DNA of 60,649 bases, the filler included, from Sphacelaria rigidula (taxonomy: Eukaryota), in assembly GCA_964200075.2 (NCBI GenBank). It is 6 parts of 6 records of this genome, joined end to end, with 100 filler letters (N's around TTAATTAATTAA, not from the genome) between each part and the next. Parts side by side here need not be neighbours in the genome. Positions count along the whole stretch, not along the records: positions 50,627 to 60,649 come from CAXNAA020007306.1; 5 more parts are not named here. One strand, written 5' to 3'. Positions 50,627 to 60,649 of this stretch are shown here, one piece after another. Every line of letters starts with the position of its first letter. The stretch's first letter is position 1. The position numbers and the translations under genes were made by a program. A model generated the notes under the pieces. It was given only the letters and a program-made list of their open reading frames with translations, was not told where the DNA came from and made no database searches.

Positions 50627-52684
50627 GGGGGTTGTGTATGGAGGTCTTCCAGGGTGGGGAGATGGGGCGTGTACTCATGCTCATGCATGCCGGGGGTAGG
50701 GGGCATACTCATGTGTTGCTTGCGCTAGTCGTTTAACCATTGACCACGCATCCCTTTTGAGAAGGAGCAAGGCAGCACCTCTACACCCGGGTGGATTATG
50801 ACTCACCCATGAGGTTGGGGGGTGAGGGCGTAGGTCGGGGGGAAATCCCTTTGATGCGTTCGAAAATAGTAGGGTGCTGGGGGTACTGTAGATGTCTTTG
50901 ACATGGTGCAAACATATCACAAAAAAACACCCACCATCCCGCAGCGTCAGTACCCGGTATGGGGAGGATGATGTCCCAGGTGTCGGTGGTATGCACGATC
51001 TTATACTGGATGATGACTTCATGCGGGAATACAAGACGCTCAGACATGAAATTTCGAACGATAATCGAGATCGTGTGAATGCGGAATGCTCTCATAACAA
51101 AATTTCGGATAATCGACGAAGGACTGTTACGAAGTTTAGATTTATGACCCAAAATCACAATACTTGCTTGGAAGGTAGAGGGGGGAAGGTGACAATATTT
51201 TCACACCCTGGACCATAAATGGTCAAAACATCACATAAGAGAGAAATTGTACTGGGTGAAGTGGAGGCCTGTTGCAGCACTTCCATACCCTGGACAAAAA
51301 ACACGTGGTCACCAGTTGCAACAGACCGACAATGTACTGCGTAAGGTATGGGGCCTATTGCAACTACTGGTTCTGCTGTCGGACCAACAATTGTTGCGAT
51401 AGGCCAATACTGTACGCAGTACATTTTTGGTTCGTTGAAACTATTAGCAATATATTGTACTGCCCAGTAGAACTCGGAAATGGTTTGCCCAACCATCAAC
51501 CAGTGAAATAGTACATGATGATTTGGTCACCGAGCGGCGCAGCCGTGAGCCAACAAGCCCCCCCCGGCAGAGGGAACCCCGCCGGAGGGTCTCGCTGGAG
51601 GCGTCGTGCCGGAAGCACGTTTTCACGTAATTTGGTTTCACTAGAGCTAAAAACTACGTGAAACATTGGCCAATTTTTAAGGGCTGTATGTGGCATATGA
51701 AGCCGGTACCGGTAAATAATGGTTTGAAAACATTGTTAGGAACACTTTATACACGCATTACCACTATTACCATTATAATAATGGCCAGTGATAACTGGTA
51801 CCATTTCCGAGCTCTACTGCCCAGGGCATGCGGCAAGAGTTGCGATACAACCTCACCTCTTCATATATTGCATCTATCGACCATATTTTGTCCACGGTGT
51901 GCGTGCTTTACACAGGGTCGCTAAATAATTAAACCCTCAGGCGCGAGAAGCACCAACGGAAGTATGTGAGGGGGAAAAAAAAGGCCACGACCTGCCTTTA
52001 GTACCAACTTTCAACATGGTTGTATAAACTCCAAGGTTGGTGAGGTGTACATGCCCGCGACAGGATTTCGCGACTCGGGGAACATCAACGTAAAACGCAA
52101 GACCTTCTAGTTGAAATAAACTCAACGATGAACTTGTTGACCAGGTGATGCGAGTGGCGAGTTACTCGCTGACGTTGCCTCCATCATAGCAGAGACGCGT
52201 AGAATGGGATTGTTGGCTCGGAGGTAGCTCTCTCATTTTTTCTTCGATGGAAAGAGGAAACCCGACCCAACACTTATCCCGCAAGCGAGTTCCGCAAGCG
52301 AGTTCGCGTGCCGATTACCCTACGGCTCGGCTAGACCACCTCGCAGCAGTCATGTGGGGAAGACGCCTCGAACGGTGGCTCAAGACAGTGTGGGGAATGC
52401 TCCCACTAATCCCGTACCCATTACACACCGCAGTCGCATACCTTGCGCGGTTTACAACCGAGAAAATGTTACCCCGATAACACCTCGCACTCGTAAAAAC
52501 CTTTACCGTGATTTCACACGTGCGACATCGGATCACAAAATCATATTTGACCTCCAAAAAACAGGATTCCACGAGGGGCAAAACGAAAACAAGAAATCAA
52601 CATTTTCCCCGCAGCCTTCACCGTTTCATCTCTCTCAACAGCATCCCCCTTCCTTCCTCCCCTCCTGCCCTCCCCATCTCTCAC

Positions 52685-55108
52685 CTTGGACTTGACGGCG
52701 TCAACCAATCCTTGGAATCGCTTGCCGGACTCCTCGTCCTCAGGAGACAAGTAAGTCTCCAGCGCCGGTTGCTCTTTTTTCCCCACCTTGACCAGGATTT
52801 TTTGCCCCGCTAGTTCAAGATCGTTGAGAAGCTGGGCGCGACAATAAACGAGCACGGAAGGGGCAGGGGGGGAAGAACGTATAGTCGTGACTTTAAACTT
52901 TGACGGCGAAGTACTGTATCATCAGATTACATCTAGCCGTCCGGCAGTTGGTGGGTGGGTCACACATTCCTCGCCAACATCAACACAGTATTCTGACCTA
53001 CCGAAGAGGTGAGCCTCACAAAGCGTCTGCTGATACTACTTTCCACCTTCGGTATCAGAGACCATCTCAGAGACCATCTCAGAGACCATCTGATCAAAGG
53101 TGACAAACGCCCCAGTGGTTGAAGACACTGAAAATTTCCGCAGTCGAGAAACTTGGGCCCCGAAAACAACAACAACAACCACCACCACCACATCAGCGTG
53201 CCAGATATGCGAGACAAGGATCGTATAACATCCTGAAAAACAACAGTTTTCACCCCTCCCTCCCGAGCCTGGTCCGGCGGAAACCGGCGTGCTCCGTCCC
53301 GGCTTGGTAGGGATGCGTTCTCATGATTACGGCATGCAAGATCATCAGTACACCCCCTGCGCCGTCAATGGTCATGTGTCTAAGGCAAGTAACAAAGGAG
53401 TACGCCCCCTCTACCCCTCCCCCTCCTCCTTTCCGGCCTTTCAACAAGTGCATTATACTACGGAGAACCACAAAACAAACGAGTCCAATCAACCATCGCC
53501 TTGCCCGGCCCCAACCCTCTTCCTCCAGAAGAGACACGCGACACACCGAGAAAAGTAGGTCAAGGGCTACAAATTCCTACTAGACCCCCTCACCCCTGCT
53601 GGGAAGAAAAAAAAGTCTTGTCAAAAGGTGAAGTGCAGAAATTCAGTTTCTTTCACTCCTTTCCCTTTCCCCCGCTTGGTGACTGATTGCGAGCCTGGTC
53701 CGGCGAGAACCCTGCGTGCTCCGTCCCGGTTTAGTAGGGATGCAAGGTCAACAGTCAAATGACTACAGTATGCAAGATCATGAGTACACTCTCCTGCCCC
53801 AAACAAAAAAATATAAAAATCACACACGAGCCACCATCTCAGTCACGAGCACCCAGACGCCACAAAACCCCAGTGAAGTATGACATAAACAGACACAAAC
53901 TCCTTTTTCTCACCCGCACAGCGACCGCCGCACCCTGAGCCGCTCGAAACGTGCAAAATCCGAACGCCTTAGGTAGATCTGTAGACGGATCGACCGCCCG
54001 GTTCCACTTGTCCACCTTTCCGCAGCATGACAGCAGCTCCTCCACCAGCTGATTGTCCACATCCGACCGCAGCTTCCCCACATACACGTTGATGCTCGGA
54101 CCCCCGCCTTCCCCCCCTCCACCCGCTGCGGCCAAGGCGCTCGCCGCTGCCGCGGCCGCCTGCATACCACCCGCCGCCAGCTTAGAAGCTGCTTCCGCTG
54201 CCGCCTTCAACCGATTGTTGTCGGGGACAAGACTGCCGCGGCCGACCCCCATCTGGCCATCCCCGACGGGTGGCTGCTGTTGTGGCTGCTGCCCTTGTTG
54301 TCCTAAGCGCTGCAGAGCCGGGAGGTTGTTGGGGATGCGCATGGGGGGTGGGCGAGGGCCGCCGCCTAACATGCCTCCTGGGCCGACCCCGTGGCCTGGA
54401 GGGCCTTTTTTTTTTCATGGGCGAGGGGGGGGGCACGGAAAATAAGTCGTTTTGAACCCCGACCATGTAACAGTCTGACCTATGCATCATAATGACCCCC
54501 TCGCACAAACTGTAGAATGACTTCCATCCACCCTCGTCTCTCAGGAGACTGTCATTTGGATAATGGGCATGATTCGGTCTAATATTCTCGTATCCGCCAC
54601 ATGTCCTTCCCGTACAGGAGGGCTAGTAGCTGTATACAGCACACCCGAGGGAAAACAAATGGGGTGTCATGTTACAATGTTGCTGTAAAGATCGATGTAT
54701 GAAAACACCAACACATTTCGAAAGTCAAGTGTGAAATATATATATATATATATTACGAGGCCAACAAACGGAAGCAGTATGAAAAAAATTGAACCGTAAT
54801 AAAAAAAATCATCATTTTTTTTGGGAAACTACAATATAATAGAATCTATAGACTCAACACTTCGATGCAGCTACTGAGAGCACACATTGAAGCACACACA
54901 CACACACACAGCACGCTATCGCGCCAAGTAACAAAATTCAAGGTACCTTGGTTCATCCCCATACCAGGACCCATTCCGGCACCCCCCATACCCGGTCCCA
55001 TGCCCCTACCCCCCATGCTACCCGGGGGTACCCCCATGCCCATGCCAGGAGCTCCACCCCACCCCCTGCCTGGGCCCATTCCCGGCCCTCCCATGCCGGG
55101 GCCCATGC
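52685..55108 (-). CDS. RBM25: RBM25/Snu71-like RRM splicing factor, 5' part. Exons: 55108-54947, 54395-53914, 52831-52685
   Basis: Phase-consistent GT-AG exons. A Gly/Met/Pro-rich N-terminus is followed by the RRM NVYVGKL...LLSCCGKVDKWNRAVDPSTDLPKAFGFCTF...VR|LLNDLELAGQKILVKVGKK, which resembles the RBM25 RRM. The start and the PWI-containing 3' exons were not resolved. Confidence 0.82.
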
Positions 55109-58031
55109 CTGCCCGGAGCAATTCAATCGAGGCGATATGTGGGAAGAGAGGCATGTAAATCAACAAGATAACAACGACAGCGCAGGTGTTACCAAAGCAG
55201 TTGAAACCGAATGGCGTGAGTGTTGTCGGCTTCGACAAATGGGACAGACTACATGAGGTTGCTAACCGGGAAGGGGTTCATGATGCTATCGAGACATGTC
55301 TGCCACGCGAATCAGCTGTGGTTCAGTCTGTAGGACCCAACTGAGGGCGCGAGTACCGATTATTCTACACGCTTGGCTTCCGACAGTTTGGCATTTATGA
55401 ATATCGCTTTCTGTGTTCTCGTCTTTTTATTTCGGGTGCGTTCATCATGTAAACATCACGTGACCACGGCTGCACCTCTGTTGGATTAGTTTGTGTGCGA
55501 CAATCAATCAACCGAACAAGCAATCGATCGCATTGGGTCCCTCTTTGTAGTATTCTGAAGCGGTTAGATGATGGACCACTTGCACCCAATGCGTGGCTCC
55601 AAACCCCGACATGATTCCTTCATTGATCGATAGATAGATAGATGAATGACCGTCGCACATAATTGATCGCCCCTGGAATTTAGCTGTGGTCGCTGAATAA
55701 ACGTACTCAACGCCTCAACAACAGAAACATTGAGTACAGCACTTGATCAAAAAGACGAAAAACAAAAAATCAAAGAAAGTAACAACAGAAATAATGAACC
55801 ATTTTGAATTATTTCGGTCGTGTAAAAGCGCGTGATGAGGAAGAAGCAAGGCCAAAAAATGTTCGGCTACAGTCGACTGGCTGTGGCGCTGCTGAGTGAA
55901 TACTTTAGAATAAACAATCGTCAGGCAGATCAAGAGAGATGGATTGGCCCCGCGACACTTTCAACTCGTCCCGACTTCCGAGGACGGAGTACAAACACAT
56001 GATATATTACAGTGAGCAAATCGAAGGGAGGGGGGGTCGTCCACCCCGGCAGAACATACTCAACCATAGGGGGGCGTGTACCCAACAATCCGGTATGGCT
56101 CGGCAGGGTTTCGAACCCTGTTCCGAACAACACGGTATGTGATTCAGAAGGGTATTCGTCAATGAGATATTCCTTTAATTCTCGTGTAAATACCCTAAAA
56201 TACGTTGATGCGGTATACCCTACAGAACACAATTTTGTAAAATGGTATCTATTTTCGATGTATCTTCTAACGTCCTTTTTTTAATTCATGTTTGCTCGTC
56301 GCACACTGACCGACATATTTTGATCATATAGTATCTCAGGGTTGACCTTGGGTACGTACGTCTTGTGGATAATTACACCACTATTGCACGGTTAGGACAA
56401 ATCATCACGGGTTCGTAGTACCAAATCCACGATTTCTTAGGCCTGATTGCCCGAAATGGAGAAAAGGGTTGACCGCTGGTCCAAGGGGTATCCACGCAAC
56501 TTTTGCGCCATTCCACGTGTCTGGGCTGCGTGTACCTAGGGATTGATTCGTACGATTCGAATCAATTACACTGAAATCATTGATTTGTCCGACCCTTGCA
56601 CTGTAGGATCATGATCACCTCGAGAATCAGTGCGACGGCCAACCCTAGCGGCGGTGCTGGCAGCGGACGGGGCAAGGACATCGAACGCGGCGGCGTCCGG
56701 AAGTGTATTCGATAGAGGCTATCGCCAGGGCTGCCACCGCAGGGGAGACGGTACGGTGAAATTGTTCATGACAGTATCAACCAGTTGCATTCAAAACAGT
56801 TGTGCCTCATACGAAAGCCCGCGGGAGCTTGCCATGTTTACCCCTGTCTGAGTGTGTTGGACTGAACGACAGACATCTATCGCTGCGTGCTGCCAGCAGC
56901 TTTCGTACATTCTGTGCGTACTGGTTCCGGCGTGTTCGATTAGCTCAAACACAAGCGCGGGAAAAGATTTTGGAGAGCCCAAGTTTTTGATCAATCACGG
57001 GGCGTGCAGACCAACCGCACATAAATGTGAAAGCCAGTGTACACTGTCTTTGCTTCTCGCACCCGTGGAGTGTTTATTCACTACAACAGCTGGCGGTTCG
57101 TTCGCAGTTCACATACTCTTTCGCATGTTGGCAAGGTTGTGAACGAGAGATTTTGATGTCACGCCTTCCCGTAGTTCTGTTTTTTGAGTAGTGAGCGTTC
57201 ACACCGCCGAAAATATCACACCCTGGAGAATGACATTACATGATCAATAGTTGCATTAGACGAAAATGTACGGCGTAGAGTATGGCTCTATTGCAACTAG
57301 TGCCGCGACACAACGGTTGCAATAGGCCCATGCTCTATCCACATCCTTTTCTTTGTTTATTGCAACTCTTGGCCACATAGTGTTCAAGGTGTCGAAAGTA
57401 TGCGCAAGTGGTGGGAACGGGTGTTCCATCAGTGCAGCAATGAAGTAGCTCAGACTCGCGGTTGCAAAACAGCACACCCCAACCAGTAGATTATCGTGTC
57501 ATAAGTGTGCTGCGTACAGTTTAGACTACTGCGTCGATCGCAACAGAAACGGGATTCCAAGTTTTACGCAGTACAATTCATGGCCGTGCAATCTCTTGTC
57601 GAGGGGCTGCGAATTTTTCTCTGCGACGGAAGCGTACACTTGGGTGACGTAAGATGATGGCGAGTTCTGGTACGGTGCACCTCGTGTGCGATAATTCAAA
57701 GCAGGATGAAGGTTGGACAAGTCTGTGATGCGTTGAGCGGTCGTCCAGGTGTATGTCGTCGCCGCCATGCTGGGATGGCGTGTACAGTTCCGTCAGGCGC
57801 AACTGTGGCACAAGGTCACGTCGAAACCCTGTGAGAGCTGATATCCGTTGGATACGTCGTGCGACTTGAGCCTTCTGCCTGTGAGGCATATCTATGCATC
57901 ATAGCCATTTCCCGCTGTAACGTCAGAGGGACGTAAATCAACCACAGATCAGTGTCTGGTTCATCGTGTTCGGAGTCCGACACGGAACGAGCCCGTATTT
58001 TGACACCCGAACAGGATGACAAATGAAAAGC

Positions 58032-59152
58032 TGACAGACGATCCTTAGAGGGAAGCGGCGAGCCCGACGACAAGGACGCAGTCAGCCACGAACGTTCCTC
58101 ACGCCGCACATCACCCTCTCTCCCCTTCTCGCCTCGTTGGGACCAAGGGTAGTCTCCGAGAGGACGATCGGACGTTGAGGGCACAAGTGGTGACAGAACT
58201 TCTCCCGGGATCAGGATTGGTGGAACGAAGGTAGAAGCGGCCGACGTCCCAGCAGCTCAAGCCGCGAAAATCTTGGCAAGACGAACAAAGGGGTGGCGAC
58301 GGCACAGACGAGCCGAGGTAGAAAGGACGGCGGAAGCAACCGTCCGGTGAAATCCTCGTATGTTCCCCTTGCGAGGTGACGAATCCCAGATGGTTGACTC
58401 ACTACAATCCAGGATTCTCCACCATCCAAGGGGAACGTGTGAGGATTGCACCCGGACGGTCGCTTTCATCGTCCGTGTCACCGAGGCTCGTCAGTGCATC
58501 GTTGCTGCCCTCGCGATCGTCTCGCCACGACTTCGACGCTGCAGCTGCTGGGACGTTGACCACTTTCACCTTTCCACTTATCTCGGGAGGAGTTTTGTCT
58601 CCACTTCCGCCTTCAACGTTCGGTCCTACTCTCGGAGACTCAATTTTGTCCTAACGAGGCGATGAGGGGAGAGGTGATATGAGACACGAGGAACGTCCAT
58701 GTCGTTGGGCTCGCCGCTTCCCTTCAAGAATCCACTGTCAGATGGAGTCTCCGAGAGGTAGACCAGTCATCAAGGGCGAAAGAGGTCACAAAAGTTCTCC
58801 CGAAATCGGGACTCGTGGAACGGAGGTAAGAGCCGTCGACGTCCCAGCAGCTGCAGCTTTGAAGCCTCCGCGAAACCAACGCGAAGATAGCACCGAGACA
58901 CCCACGAGCCGAGGTGGCAAGGACGGTGTAAGCAATCGTTCGGTGTGATCCTGGGCGGTCGCTTCCACCGTCCCCGCCACCTAGGCTCGTGGGTGTCTCG
59001 GTGCCATCCTCGCGTTCATCTTGCGAAGACTTCGATGCTGCTACTACTGGGACGTTGGCCACTCTCATCTTTTTTTCATAAGGCTCGATCTCGGGAAACA
59101 TCTTGCCACCACTTTCGCCATGAACGTCCGGTCCACCTCTCGGAGACTCCAT
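58032..59152. repeat. Two abutting palindromes built from four alternating copies of one ~200-bp unit
   Basis: gtctccgagagg begins the + copies at 58152 and 58747; ctcggagact ends the - copies at ~58640 and ~59148. Confidence 0.8.
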
Positions 59153-59792
59153 ACGAAGGATTGCAGCGGAAACGAGACTATCCTATGCGGACATATGCTC
59201 GAGGTGACCAAATGCGACACGTATCGAGACAACCGTCCCCCGCTAGGGTCAACGATGGTTCGCGTGGGTCCTCGTGCGGCCGGACGATGCAAGTCTCTCG
59301 AACTGCATCACGTTCGCAAGGTGGGCCGCAGAACGTTCCAAGGTGGCTGATTGGCCTCCGAAATACTGGGGAGATCGCCCCCGGAACCCGCGTGCTCCCG
59401 GGGCTACTTAGCGTAAGGGACAACAAAATGAGTGATTTTGTTCACGGTTGTGACGTCGAATATTTCACACGGCGGACACCTTTTGAGTGAACCAGTCATG
59501 TGGTAAAACCCACTCAGTGGAAAATGGTACCGCTGAGCTATTGAGCACAGTTCAGGCGGTGGAAGCAGGCCCCGCTGAGTTACACGAAAATGAGTTGAAT
59601 GACTTGACTTGTCCCACGTGTGAAATAGTCGCAAGATTAGCTCACTGCCACTACAGTGAGAAAAACGGCGGATGGCACCAGGGGGCGAGAAGGGAGCACG
59701 GCAACGTTGTCAAAATAAAACAGCCACCGCTAGTATAACAAAAGCAGCACCAGCCCGGAAGGAGTGGAAGATGGAAATGACTAGGGATGAAA

Positions 59793-60043
59793 GACACTTT
59801 CTACGATAGCCCCCCCCAAAACCAGCCCAAAAGTGTCACGAAAAGAATGGTCAGACAGCGCCTGATGTTTGGGTTCAGGCTGCATGAAGCGCCTCACATG
59901 GGCGACACTGGCGAGAACGAACCCAAGCGTGGGAATTCCAAGCTGTGCTCGTTGTGCTCTGCCTTTTCCATAGCAATTTACTTGAAGATTTTGCCTCCCC
60001 GTACCAGGCACTTTTTTGGGGGGGGGCTATCGTAGGAAGTGTC
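59793..60043. mobile_element. ~250-bp MITE, family A copy 3
   Basis: Same TIRs; flanked by gaaa/gaaa. Confidence 0.88.
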
Positions 60044-60064
60044 GAAACGAGGAGGGGGGGAAGG

Positions 60065-60547
60065 GAGGGGGTACTTATGACCTTTTATGCCATAATCATA
60101 TGACCACTGACCTCGCATTCCTACAAAGTCGGGACGGAGCACGCCGGGTTTTCGCCGGACCAAGCTCGCAATCCATCACCAAGCGACGTGTTGTGGTGTG
60201 TTCGGCGAGTCGAATAAAGGGTGAGCTGCATCCTGCGACGGTTGTTCGGCCCGAAGCGTTTTGATCATCTAGCATTTGGATGGCACTCTTCGATGAGTTG
60301 CTTCAATTTCTGGTATTGCCATTTCCAGAGAGAAGCTACGGCTCATACACTAGATAATGGGTGTCTCACCATATGATCTAGCTCGACCCTCATAGTTACC
60401 GCAAGAAAATTAAGTAACCTAAATGCCCAGCTTACGCAGTGAGAGGTGTGTTTTACAGCATCATTTACAACCAACGTCAACCCCATAGGGGATCTGCCCC
60501 TACAAAGCCAGTTCGGAGCACGCCCGGTTTTCGCCGGACCAGGCTAG
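60065..60547. repeat. Dispersed repeat family B, copy 2
   Basis: Motif at 60132-60165 and 60511-60544; fragments at 10127-10195, 31705-31760, 53266-53360 and 53660-53790. Confidence 0.8.
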
Positions 60548-60649
60548 GGGAGGGGAGGGGGGGGGGGGGGGGGGGGAAAGGCCAACGAATACGGGTTTTT
60601 TTTTTGGTTTTTACCCTTTTTGTGGGGTTTGCCAAGGAAGACGTGTCCC

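Noticed and set aside
55267-55281. MNPFP micro first exon of the RBM25-like gene
   Set aside because: Its donor is phase 0 while the next exon needs phase 1; not reconciled
57250-57900. Degenerate gag-like coding region
   Set aside because: Fragmentary frames with no diagnostic motif that I can identify

Overview
Eukaryotic, repeat-rich DNA, most likely from a brown alga (Phaeophyceae). This is an inference from an EsV-1-7 repeat gene and intron-rich genes. The window is not one locus. It is six contigs of 10026, 10026, 10025, 10025, 10024 and 10023 bp, in decreasing size order, joined by an artificial 100-bp spacer (44 N + TTAATTAATTAA + 44 N), so adjacency across spacers is meaningless. 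Four genes are supported: (1) an uninterrupted 534-aa ORF made almost entirely of 13 EsV-1-7-type Cys/His repeats (contig 3, minus strand); (2) a gene of at least 12 exons, reconstructed by hand, with IQ + WW + OCRE-like + LRR architecture and one GC-AG intron (contig 4, plus strand, cut by the contig end); (3) two exons of a CBS-domain protein (contig 5, minus strand); (4) the 5' part of an RBM25/Snu71-like RRM splicing factor (contig 6, minus strand). The rest is dense in non-autonomous repeats: a ~250-bp MITE family with apparent 4-bp TSDs, long fold-back palindromes, 41-, ~79- and ~237-bp minisatellites, tRNA-derived SINE-like heads and a Ty3/gypsy integrase remnant. Most ORFs in the supplied track are shadow or repeat-derived. 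All homology calls are from motif recognition, not database searches.
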